A stretch of 31,249 nt of DNA from IMG/VR virus record IMGVR_UViG_3300027197_000009, positions 1-31,249 of that record, one strand, 5' to 3'. The notes beneath the pieces are model-generated. The model worked only from the letters and a program-made list of their open reading frames with translations, did not search any database and was not told where the DNA came from. Shown one piece after another: positions 8,705 through 16,741 of the stretch; the first letter of the stretch is position 1, and every line of letters begins with the position of its first letter. Origin of the DNA: a virus. Its lineage: Duplodnaviria; Caudoviricetes. The position numbers and the translations under genes were made by a program.

Positions 8705-8748
8705 GTTCCGTTAACTATAACGGTCCTAAGAGTGGCCATCACAGCCAC
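8675..8748 (-). ncRNA. Candidate structured RNA element with 23S rRNA helix 69 region complementarity
   Basis: Three consecutive hairpins (8675-8704, 8708-8723, 8732-8748). On the + strand 8712-8730 is TAACTATAACGGTCCTAAG and 8686-8693 is GTAGCGAA, both matching the conserved 23S rRNA/I-CeuI-site sequence. Function and strand are inferred. Confidence 0.55.
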
Positions 8749-8760
8749 ACCTTTAATTAT

Positions 8761-10575
8761 CTATCCATCACAAGAAAGACAGTCAGGATCGATCGCAGCT
8801 GCTGCAATATCTCCTCTAAGTACGCTTTCAGTTCTCATATAATAAAGAGTTTTAATACCCTGATCATATGCTTCTAAGTGAACTTGATTGATGAATTTTG
8901 GTTCTGCTTCTTTTGGAAACGCAAGATTTAAAGAAACTGCCTGATCAACGTATTGTTGTCTAACGCCTGCTTGTTTTACCAATTCTAATTGATTGATTTC
9001 TTTAAACGTCTTGAATATTGATTTAAATGGAATATAATTATCTCTTTGAAGTTCTGATAATCTTTCCATTTTATTTTTATGTAATGGAGCAGTTTTAGAT
9101 GAAACATGTACATAGTAGTCATCGATCCATGAAAGACCAAAAACACTACCACCATCAACTAAAATCTGGTCCCATGTTTCCTTTGTGTTTTTACCGATTT
9201 CTTCTAAAGCTGCTTCAAGAGTTGGATTCTTACGAATGAACGTTCCTTTTGCAGTTTGTTCTGTGAAAACATTGGCAGCCCATGGTTCAATACCCGCTGA
9301 AACATTACCGCTTAATTTAGAATTAGAAACCGTTGGTGCGATTGCTCTTAAGTGTGTGTTGCGCATCCCTGTTCCAACACACCATAGAGGTTCACCCATG
9401 TCAGTTGCCATATCTCTACTTGCTTTTTCACTTTCAGTTTTAATCATTGAGAAAATCTTACGAGTTTCAAATTGAGCTGTTAAACCTTCAAACGGAATAT
9501 TACGTTCTTGTAGGTATGTGTGCCATCCAAGAACTCCAAGTCCAAGTGCTCTACCTTTTTCTGCAGAACGAACTGAGTTTTCAAATCCACGCATAAATTT
9601 TGCCTTTTGAATGAATTCTTCAAGAACACCATCAAGAAACCATGTCGCTGTATAAATAAGATCTGTATCCTTCCACTCATCATACTTTGCAAGGTTCACT
9701 GAAGATAAACAACAAACGAATGAGTGATTTTCATCAGTGTGTAGCGTAATCTCAGAACAAATGTTTGTCATATAAACCTTTAATCCATTCTGTTTATATG
9801 CATCTGGATTTGAACGATTTACATTGCCTTTAAACATAATGTATGGCTCACCAGTCGCTCTACGCTTGCGAATAACTGCAGTCCATCTTTTACGAGCTTC
9901 TTTGTCGCCAGCTTTTACCTTTTGCATAAAACCATCTGAAATTACAACACATTGGTGTAGGTTCAATGATTGACGGTTTACATCTCCCTTTGGTTCGCGA
10001 ATTTCTAACCATTCCCAGAAATCTGCATGTTCAATATCAATATTAACTGAAGCTGCTCCTCGTCTTACGCTTCCTTGGTTAGTTGCTAAAATAGTTGAAT
10101 CATAAATCTTACAAAATGGAACAATACCATCGCTTGTTCCGTTGCCTCTAATCTTTGCACCGGCTGGTCTGATTTGGTTAATACCAATACCAACTCCGCC
10201 TCCGTGTTTTGCTAGCAACATCATCTCTAAATTCTTTGCACCAATATCATGAATTGAATCAGCTACGTCAATACCGAAACAGGAAATTGGAAGGCCTCTT
10301 TCAGTTCCTGTATTTGAAAGAACTGGAGAAGCTAAATTCAACCATCCCTTCCAAATATAATCAAAGAATTTACTTGCCATTTCTGGTTTTTGTAAACGCT
10401 TTGCCACCGTTGTTGCCACTCTCCAATATGCATCCTTTGGTGTTTCACCCTGCATAAGATAGCCATTGCTAATTGTCTTTACATAAATCTCAGTGTTGCC
10501 CCATGTTGGAAAATCTACTCCGATTTCCCATCCTAGGGTTTCACCATGATTAATGCTTTCTACTTTCTTTCCCAT
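8761..10575 (-). CDS. nrdA: Ribonucleoside-diphosphate reductase class Ia alpha subunit (short form, no ATP cone)
   Basis: PISCF, GGGVG, RRGAA, TNICSEI (radical Cys), LGLGVLG, AIAPTVS, KTLYYMR and C-terminal CLSCDG. Confidence 0.96.
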   Translation of the reverse strand: MGKKVESINHGETLGWEIGVDFPTWGNTEIYVKTISNGYLMQGETPKDAYWRVATTVAKRLQKPEMASKFFDYIWKGWLNLASPVLSNTGTERGLPISCFGIDVADSIHDIGAKNLEMMLLAKHGGGVGIGINQIRPAGAKIRGNGTSDGIVPFCKIYDSTILATNQGSVRRGAASVNIDIEHADFWEWLEIREPKGDVNRQSLNLHQCVVISDGFMQKVKAGDKEARKRWTAVIRKRRATGEPYIMFKGNVNRSNPDAYKQNGLKVYMTNICSEITLHTDENHSFVCCLSSVNLAKYDEWKDTDLIYTATWFLDGVLEEFIQKAKFMRGFENSVRSAEKGRALGLGVLGWHTYLQERNIPFEGLTAQFETRKIFSMIKTESEKASRDMATDMGEPLWCVGTGMRNTHLRAIAPTVSNSKLSGNVSAGIEPWAANVFTEQTAKGTFIRKNPTLEAALEEIGKNTKETWDQILVDGGSVFGLSWIDDYYVHVSSKTAPLHKNKMERLSELQRDNYIPFKSIFKTFKEINQLELVKQAGVRQQYVDQAVSLNLAFPKEAEPKFINQVHLEAYDQGIKTLYYMRTESVLRGDIAAAAIDPDCLSCDG

Positions 10576-10584
10576 ATAAATTTA

Positions 10585-11604
10585 TTAAAATAATTCGTCT
10601 TCATCCCAGTTTTCATCTTCGCCTGCCTTAGAATAATCTGTAGGTCTGGTTGCAAAGAAATCTGTATGTGTTGTTCCACCCGTTAAGTGATAAAACCAAT
10701 CTAATTCAGAAGCAGCAGCTTCATCATATTTCATAAATGGTCCATCAGTGTAACCTAATTCTGCAATTTTTTCGTTTGCTCTTTTAAGAATAAACTGTTT
10801 TAGATCACTAGCCTTTAGATTATCAAGATCTCCCATTTCAAACATCTTATCAATGAAATTATGTTCCATGTCAACCATGAGCTCAGCTGCACGAATCACA
10901 TCATCTTTTACGTCCTCTTTCAATTCAGGATATTCTGTGGACATGTGCTTAAATAATTGACAGCCCATCTTAGAGTGTAGTGATTCGTCACGAACTGACC
11001 ACTTCATCTGTTGACCAATTCCTTTTAACAAGTTTCTCATTTGAAACGAGTAAAGAACTGCAAACGATGAATACAATGAAACTCCTTCAGCAAACGCTGA
11101 GAAGATTGCTAGTGATCTAGCAACTTGCTTTCTGGCAGTTGCTGATTTTTGTAGGTCCTCATGAGTCCAATCTGCTTCAGTTGAAGTTAACAATTCAAAC
11201 TTCTCTGAAATTGCTGGTTCATGTAAGAATGCTGAGAAATCTTCAAGACCTAATGTTTCGTTTAAATATGAATATGCAGTTGCGTGGATTGTTTCTTGTG
11301 ATCCAAATGCCATTGCCATTTGTTTGATTTCATGCTTAGGAAACCAATGCGTAACCATACCTGTCCAGTAATCTGAAACTGCGCATTCAGTTTGTGCAAA
11401 CCCCAATAAAATGTTACCTACTAAATTCTTTTCTGCATCTGTTAATTTTTCATTCCAGTCTTTGACATCTCCTTGCATTGAAATTTCAGTGTGTAACCAA
11501 AATGCTTGCATTTGTTTTAACCAACCCTCTGTGTAGTAAACCGGATATTCAAATGGCTTGTATTCAATTCTTTCTTTAAATAAATTAGAATGTGTATTTT
11601 CCAT
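10585..11604 (-). CDS. nrdB: Ribonucleoside-diphosphate reductase class I beta subunit
   Basis: AFW, QETIHATAY (radical Tyr), AEGVSLYSSF, RDESLH and DFFA...DY. Confidence 0.96.
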   Translation of the reverse strand: MENTHSNLFKERIEYKPFEYPVYYTEGWLKQMQAFWLHTEISMQGDVKDWNEKLTDAEKNLVGNILLGFAQTECAVSDYWTGMVTHWFPKHEIKQMAMAFGSQETIHATAYSYLNETLGLEDFSAFLHEPAISEKFELLTSTEADWTHEDLQKSATARKQVARSLAIFSAFAEGVSLYSSFAVLYSFQMRNLLKGIGQQMKWSVRDESLHSKMGCQLFKHMSTEYPELKEDVKDDVIRAAELMVDMEHNFIDKMFEMGDLDNLKASDLKQFILKRANEKIAELGYTDGPFMKYDEAAASELDWFYHLTGGTTHTDFFATRPTDYSKAGEDENWDEDELF

Positions 11605-11638
11605 TTTTTTGTATTTTTTTATATTCCTTTTAGACTAT

Positions 11639-11663
11639 AAAAGGCCTTTCATCAGAAAGGCCT
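11639..11663 (-). terminator. Hairpin between the polymerase N-terminal subunit and nrdB (terminator or leader structure)
   Basis: 9-bp stem AGGCCTTTC (11642-11650)/GAAAGGCCT (11655-11663), 4-nt loop and a short U tract on the - strand. Confidence 0.5.
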
Positions 11664-11685
11664 CTTACTTGTATTGAATGTAGGT

Positions 11686-11694
11686 TATATATCT
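11686..11694 (-). promoter_or_regulatory. AGATATATA motif upstream of nrdB
   Basis: Same motif as 7986-7994 and 22911-22919; intergenic. Confidence 0.45.
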
Positions 11695-11731
11695 ACGAGT
11701 CAATATTCAGAGCCCATATGGGTTAAAGTTA

Positions 11732-13129
11732 TTATGTTATTCTTTTCTTAAGTTGGTCTGCTTTTGTGAAATAATCATACGACATTTTCTTATATTGTTT
11801 CCGTTGGTCGTATAAATCTGTTAATATCTTTTTAAGAATACTATCTTCTTTTTTATACACTACACCGTTATCGCAAACAATAACTTCTTTATCTTCTCTT
11901 CGTTCTTTAATCTGACTCTTATAAACTTGTTCAACATATGCATCCGGTGAGATGTTAAACTGTCTCATAATAGAAGGATATAGTGAAGCAAAGTCAAATG
12001 CACTAATTCCTTCATAGTAACCTACAATAGGTTCTTTAACGAAAGCTCCAACGTATTGACCATCCTTTTGACCATCTTCTCGTTGTTCTGTTCCAATTCG
12101 CATTCCTTGTTCAGCTAATTTACGAGCCATAAGAGCTTCTGTGATTGCTACTGGAGAACTTGCTTTATACAGTGGCATCTTAGTAATATTCGCCAAGGTT
12201 AAAAGAACTTCCATTGATTTAAGTTTCTGATCTATATAATAGACTAACACGGAGTCAACTACGTTATAGTATATGTATTTAGTAAAGTTATCTCTATAAA
12301 GATCTTGGAGTGAACCTGTGAACTTAATTTTATTTGTATTTAATACTTGACTCGAAACATAATCGAGTGAATTAGATTCCTTTACTTTAACTGAGCGATC
12401 ATATTTATCATACAATTGCATGTAGTCCAGAATTCCAATGTGAAGTGGGCGTGAATCAGTTCTATCAACACTTTGAGTCATACCAACTTCATTAATATCA
12501 ATTTGAAGTCTTTTACAGCGATTAACAATATATTGCCAGTCATAGTTGATAAAGTTCCATCCTGTCATCATTGGAAATTTAGGTAAGAACTTCATTAAGA
12601 ACGTGTATACCATATCATATTCAGTGTTGAACTTATGGTATTTAAATTCCCAATCTTGATCAAAATCTTTGAAATATTCATTAGTATCATCTTCAATCTT
12701 TTGAATACTCTTAGGATCCATATCTTCAAGACCTAAAACAATCGCTTTACGCTCAGGTGTAATGATAGAGAAAGAAAGAATTCTTGATTTAGCTTCTTCA
12801 GCCTTTGGAAAACCATCAACGATTTCAGTTTCAATATCGACAAAATATGTCTTAGGCATATTATATGCCAGTAGTTCTTCTTTATCTCTTTCTGGTAATC
12901 CATCAATAAAATAGACCATTGAGAACTTATTGAACTGGCGAGCTGGACCTAATTTAACAGGTCGACCATCCCAATTTTTAAATTCAGTACTTACTCCTCG
13001 TTCTTTTTCGTCACAGATATACCAGTTTTGAAACTGTGAAATTGGATATTGTTTAAATGCTACTTTGCCTTCGACATCATAGTAGGAAATGATGACGTCT
13101 TTGTCTCTTTGCTCAATATCTAAAATCAT
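11732..13129 (-). CDS. Family B DNA polymerase, N-terminal subunit (3'-5' exonuclease, motif A, first fingers helix)
   Basis: ExoI FVDIET, ExoII GWNFINYDW, ExoIII YNVVDS, YVGAFVKEP and motif A FDFASLYPSIMRQFNISP. It ends at RKQYKKM...KKRIT, before motif B. Confidence 0.93.
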   Translation of the reverse strand: MILDIEQRDKDVIISYYDVEGKVAFKQYPISQFQNWYICDEKERGVSTEFKNWDGRPVKLGPARQFNKFSMVYFIDGLPERDKEELLAYNMPKTYFVDIETEIVDGFPKAEEAKSRILSFSIITPERKAIVLGLEDMDPKSIQKIEDDTNEYFKDFDQDWEFKYHKFNTEYDMVYTFLMKFLPKFPMMTGWNFINYDWQYIVNRCKRLQIDINEVGMTQSVDRTDSRPLHIGILDYMQLYDKYDRSVKVKESNSLDYVSSQVLNTNKIKFTGSLQDLYRDNFTKYIYYNVVDSVLVYYIDQKLKSMEVLLTLANITKMPLYKASSPVAITEALMARKLAEQGMRIGTEQREDGQKDGQYVGAFVKEPIVGYYEGISAFDFASLYPSIMRQFNISPDAYVEQVYKSQIKERREDKEVIVCDNGVVYKKEDSILKKILTDLYDQRKQYKKMSYDYFTKADQLKKRIT

Positions 13130-13596
13130 TAATAGTTATTTTTCTGGCGGTTAACGTTTTCTTCTGCTTTTGCGAAATAATAGTTGTATGCTGTTTTTGC
13201 ATCTAATCCGATTGAGGCCGCGTAGTTTATAAAGAAGTGTAGAATGTCTACCCATTCCATATACAATTCTTTCTTGTCGCCATCTGATAGATCTGAAACT
13301 TTCATAGTTTCATACTTTGAGAAATCTTTCTTCCAGTATTTCCATACTGCATTGCCAGATCCATCTTTAATACCGCCAAGTGCATCCGTCATTTCATGAA
13401 TTTCATCAACGACTGCGTGTGTATTAACATGCCAGAAGTTCATAACTTCTCTAATTGTCATATCTTCAAATTTGAAACCATAAGTCTGCTCTTGCATTTT
13501 CTTTTGGTTTTCCATAATATCAGCCAAGTGTGTAGTTGACTGGTCGTAAAAATCTTTTACTTCAAGATCTTTGCATTCGTTATCTATATTTGCCAT
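13129..13596 (-). CDS. All-alpha dNTP pyrophosphatase (gp56 dCTPase/dimeric dUTPase-like)
   Basis: VVDEIHE, WKYWK, MEWVDILHFF and YFAKAEENVNRQKNNY fit the dUTPase_2/gp56 signatures. Confidence 0.85.
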   Translation of the reverse strand: MANIDNECKDLEVKDFYDQSTTHLADIMENQKKMQEQTYGFKFEDMTIREVMNFWHVNTHAVVDEIHEMTDALGGIKDGSGNAVWKYWKKDFSKYETMKVSDLSDGDKKELYMEWVDILHFFINYAASIGLDAKTAYNYYFAKAEENVNRQKNNY

Positions 13597-13607
13597 GTAA
13601 TTTATAC

Positions 13608-14834
13608 TTAGAAAAGTGAGTTTGTTTTTAGTTCTTGAACTGGACCTGGTTTATTAGCTCTTTTTGTTACATTAGAGATAGCTTCGAAAAGATCTGTGTT
13701 AACTACTTCTGGTGCGTTATGTAGTTTAGCTAACCGAAGAGAGTTCTTTCTAAAGGCATCTCTGCGTTTATGGTCATTAGCCAATTCTAAGATTTGAGGA
13801 ATTGAAGCTTCTACATTATTCTTATCAACAAAGATTGCAAAATCTTCTAATTCAATAAAAGGAACCTTTTCTGTTCGGTGGATTACGTTCTCTCCCCAAT
13901 GTTTATCGAATAATGGAATTGTACCCGCTGCAATAACTTCACACATTGCATATTCAATCATCGAACCATAAAGACGAGCTGGAAGATTAAAGAACTCTGC
14001 ACCAAACATTGAGTTTGAAAGCTCTCCCATTCCTTCAGCTAAATTATAAGGACCATAAATGTATACTTTATCATCAACCTGTGGATAAATTATAGGATTC
14101 TTTTTTTCATTAACTTCAAACACATCTTGGCGAGGAGAACGATCGTCATTTAAGAACATTGGAAGAGCACCAATAGAACGTTCAACGCCACGAGCTTCTG
14201 TTACAAAATCATTACCTTTCAAAAGGTTCATAATATCAAACATACGGAATGGATCCTTAAATCCAGCAAATCGACCAAAGTAAGTAACTCGTCGCATTTG
14301 TTCTTCAGCTGGTTTCCAAGTTGGGAGCCATGCATCATAATCATATGGATTTAGGTTCATTTCGATAAGAGGAGTATCTGGTGCCTCTTCTCTAAGTTTG
14401 TTTGCAAAATTAGAAGTCAAAGAGTAGTTGAACATAGCGTCCATCTGTGTCATGATCTCCCAATACTTGTGATTCTTTGCAAGGTTTTGAGTATTGTGAT
14501 CTAAACAGTTTCCAACTTTAATTGGATTTGTTAAACCATATACACAATGCTCAATGAAATCTTCATTGAACTCATCGCCCACTGATTTGTGTGGAAATGA
14601 GGTGTAATAAACTACATCGTGTGAGTTTAATTCCTTTGCAATTTTTGGAATGTCTGCTCTTTTAAAATACGTTGTAACAATGTCTGTTGTTTTTTGACGT
14701 GGCCAAACCTTTTCAGTAGCTGAATAGATGGTTGCTTCATGACCTTCTTTAATTAACCAATTGTAGAATTCAATAGTGTGTCTTGTTAGACCACAACCCT
14801 CTACTCCTTTTGCTAAGACTAATGCGATTTTCAT
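13608..14834 (-). CDS. agt: DNA alpha-glucosyltransferase-like GT-B enzyme
   Basis: The N-terminus MKIALVLAKGVEGCGLTRHTIEFYNWLIKEGHE closely parallels T4 a-gt as I recall it (MRICIFMARGLEGCGVTK...WFIKNGHE). Also YFGRFAGFKDP, GVERS and IEYAMCEVIAAGTIPLFDKHWGEN; length about 400 aa as in T4 AGT. Confidence 0.85.
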   Translation of the reverse strand: MKIALVLAKGVEGCGLTRHTIEFYNWLIKEGHEATIYSATEKVWPRQKTTDIVTTYFKRADIPKIAKELNSHDVVYYTSFPHKSVGDEFNEDFIEHCVYGLTNPIKVGNCLDHNTQNLAKNHKYWEIMTQMDAMFNYSLTSNFANKLREEAPDTPLIEMNLNPYDYDAWLPTWKPAEEQMRRVTYFGRFAGFKDPFRMFDIMNLLKGNDFVTEARGVERSIGALPMFLNDDRSPRQDVFEVNEKKNPIIYPQVDDKVYIYGPYNLAEGMGELSNSMFGAEFFNLPARLYGSMIEYAMCEVIAAGTIPLFDKHWGENVIHRTEKVPFIELEDFAIFVDKNNVEASIPQILELANDHKRRDAFRKNSLRLAKLHNAPEVVNTDLFEAISNVTKRANKPGPVQELKTNSLF

Positions 14835-15016
14835 TTCTTATTTTCTATTTTTAAATCTTCTATTTTAATATAAATCGGTTCTGTACTTTTTTCAAATAAC
14901 ACATCGACAAATATAGTGTTATAGAATTCATAAAATTCGGTTATTTTGCCATTTCCTAACTTTAGATGGCTAACAGCAGTACCTCGAGTTAAATCATCCA
15001 TTATTTTGTTTTTCAT
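14831..15016 (-). CDS. Small beta-rich hypothetical protein (SH3/Tudor-like)
   Basis: GTAVSHLKLGNGKI resembles the GxxVxHxxFGxGxI Tudor-like pattern. The true start may be the second Met. Confidence 0.55.
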   Translation of the reverse strand: MKNKIMDDLTRGTAVSHLKLGNGKITEFYEFYNTIFVDVLFEKSTEPIYIKIEDLKIENKK

Positions 15017-15278
15017 TTACATAGTTATCAAGACCTTGAATATAGCCGATTGCATCGAGTAAATTGTCACGCTTATGGTTATAACTTTCACGTGAAAATT
15101 TAAGAGCAATAAGAGCCATATACATTTCGCGGCCAGTTACATCTAGACCTGTCATACCTTTAAAAATGAGAGCAGCTCGATCCATACCTTCAGAGAAAGG
15201 TCCATACATACGATCTTTTTCTTCAGATCGATTATTGATAAGTTCGTGAGCTTCTAGTGAGATTGATTTATTATCCAT
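14994..15278 (-). CDS. DUF6378-like protein (possible all-alpha nucleotide pyrophosphatase fold)
   Basis: EAHELIN...YG...MIxLKxSR-like (LIALKFSR)...HKRDNLLDAIGYI pattern, common in phage nucleotide-modification loci. Confidence 0.7.
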   Translation of the reverse strand: MDNKSISLEAHELINNRSEEKDRMYGPFSEGMDRAALIFKGMTGLDVTGREMYMALIALKFSRESYNHKRDNLLDAIGYIQGLDNYVNEKQNNG

Positions 15279-15304
15279 GTAAAATATGTTTGATTAATTA
15301 TACC

Positions 15305-15589
15305 TTATATATGCGTTTTGTTTCTGGCATTTGTTGCTTTTGGAGAACTATCTTTTAATGGACTTTCTTCATTAACCCACTCTTCTCGACCGATCGCAAC
15401 TCCCATGATTTTAACATATGGGACGCCTGTGCTCTGTGCAATTTGTATTGTTTTTTGAATAGCTTCTTGATTATCCTTTGCCATCACACAACATACAAAG
15501 TCTTGATGTCTACTAAAAAGCCTTACCATTTCTCGATCATCTTCGTAAGGTAACCAATAAACTATAATAGGTCTAGTTTCCATATGCAT
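15305..15589 (-). CDS. Hypothetical protein
   Basis: 94-aa ORF co-oriented with and overlapping the upstream gene. Confidence 0.65.
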   Translation of the reverse strand: MHMETRPIIVYWLPYEDDREMVRLFSRHQDFVCCVMAKDNQEAIQKTIQIAQSTGVPYVKIMGVAIGREEWVNEESPLKDSSPKATNARNKTHI

Positions 15590-16166
15590 TCCATATTTTA
15601 CGTTCTTTAACTAAGTTATTCCATGCTCGTTTAATTATTGGATCTCGATCCTTTAATATGTGCCTAGGCTGCTCTGAATGTGAACGAGGGAATAAATCTA
15701 TTTGTTCGAATGTAGGTATTGTTCTACCTTGTGAAATGGATCTAAGCACATAAAAAAGCTGCCTAGTGGTACCATCAAAGGTTTCCATGTATTCTCGTAT
15801 ATAGTCAACATCAAGACTAAATTCCTCGGCAAGTTCTAATCTAAGTTGACTAAGCAATTCGGCTTCACGCTTAAGATGTTTTTCCATCATTATACCAACT
15901 CGCTTATTTTTTAATTTTCGTCGATCTCTAATTTTTTCTTGAATAATTTCTGGATCTCGAGTGTAGCTAAATTCATTTTTAATTTGTTGACATTCTATCT
16001 GATATAGGAGCTCCTCTAAATGAGTTTGTTCTGACAATTGATCATATTCAAACTCTCCAAATTCAATTCGTTGAAGAAGGCGAGAATATCCTTTCCAATA
16101 GAGATCTTTTGGTAGTTTTCGAGAAGTATGAAACCTACGCCACCATGTGAATTGCCTATTACTCAT
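15573..16166 (-). CDS. Hypothetical protein (basic, helical)
   Basis: 197-aa ORF tightly packed with its neighbours; no recognised motif. Confidence 0.75.
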   Translation of the reverse strand: MSNRQFTWWRRFHTSRKLPKDLYWKGYSRLLQRIEFGEFEYDQLSEQTHLEELLYQIECQQIKNEFSYTRDPEIIQEKIRDRRKLKNKRVGIMMEKHLKREAELLSQLRLELAEEFSLDVDYIREYMETFDGTTRQLFYVLRSISQGRTIPTFEQIDLFPRSHSEQPRHILKDRDPIIKRAWNNLVKERKIWNAYGN

Positions 16167-16167
16167 C

Positions 16168-16437
16168 TTAAATTCTACCTAAATGTGCATTAAATTCTTT
16201 CATCTCTTGCTCTTCATATCGCTTTTGACGCTCTTCTTCAAGCATCACAGCTGCATAGTCCCACATATATTGCTTTATCGCATTCAGCTTGTTATCCATT
16301 TCTTCTGAAGTAAAGAACTCTTTTTCAATGTGTAGATCACTTAAGTTGCTAGAGATACGGCGAATAACGTCATAAGTGCCAAACAATTCAACTGGTTGAA
16401 ACTCTCCGTGTTTGTCGATGAACTCTTGTTTTGTCAT
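16168..16437 (-). CDS. Hypothetical protein
   Basis: 89-aa ORF directly downstream of the TATATTAGC promoter-like element. Confidence 0.75.
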   Translation of the reverse strand: MTKQEFIDKHGEFQPVELFGTYDVIRRISSNLSDLHIEKEFFTSEEMDNKLNAIKQYMWDYAAVMLEEERQKRYEEQEMKEFNAHLGRI

Positions 16438-16460
16438 ATTGCTTATCTTTTAATTATACA

Positions 16461-16517
16461 GCTAATATAAACAAAAAACCCGAGACTAAAAAATCCCGGG
16501 TTAATTATTTTCTAAAT
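16461..16517 (-). promoter_or_regulatory. Composite terminator hairpin plus TTATATTAGC promoter-like element (copy 1)
   Basis: Stem 16477-16485/16494-16502 (one G-U on the - strand) followed by a U tract, then TTATATTAGC. Same layout as 29365-29420. Confidence 0.6.
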
Positions 16518-16525
16518 ATTTTCAA

Positions 16526-16741
16526 TTATACTTGAGTTTGAAAATATTTGTCTAATGCTTCAAGCTTGTCATCAGCATCCACTAACATTGTAAGAGCTTC
16601 TTCTGCGTTTTTGTAAAAGTCACCCGTTGAGTGATCTCCAATACCTGCTGCGTGATTTGACAATAATTCAAGTGTTAATAATGCCTTTGATTTGTCAGCT
16701 TCTGCTGATTTACGTAACATATCTACTAAATGTGCTTTCAT
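16526..16741 (-). CDS. Conserved-looking small hypothetical protein
   Basis: 71 aa with a GIGDHS motif between two helices; coupled to rmlB by an ATGA overlap. Confidence 0.75.
   Translation of the reverse strand: MKAHLVDMLRKSAEADKSKALLTLELLSNHAAGIGDHSTGDFYKNAEEALTMLVDADDKLEALDKYFQTQV

Noticed and set aside
8686-8730. Vector-derived I-CeuI site or a true rRNA gene
   Set aside because: The site is not contiguous. GTAGCGAA lies upstream of the 19-mer inside a terminator loop, there is an extra T in CCGTTAAC, and no vector or further rRNA sequence flanks it. Read mapping is still needed to exclude an artefact fully.
8660-8760. tRNA gene in the GC-rich intergenic region
   Set aside because: There is no enclosing acceptor stem or correctly placed D and T arms; the three hairpins are in series.
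10585-10605. NrdB C-terminal DEDELF as a clamp-binding motif
   Set aside because: An acidic tail ending in a hydrophobic residue is the normal NrdA-binding peptide of class I beta subunits.
5784-13129. Split intein or intron joining the polymerase halves
   Set aside because: There is no intein-like Cys/Ser block at the end of the N-terminal half and no HN-[CST] near the start of the C-terminal half. The intervening DNA consists of ordinary genes.
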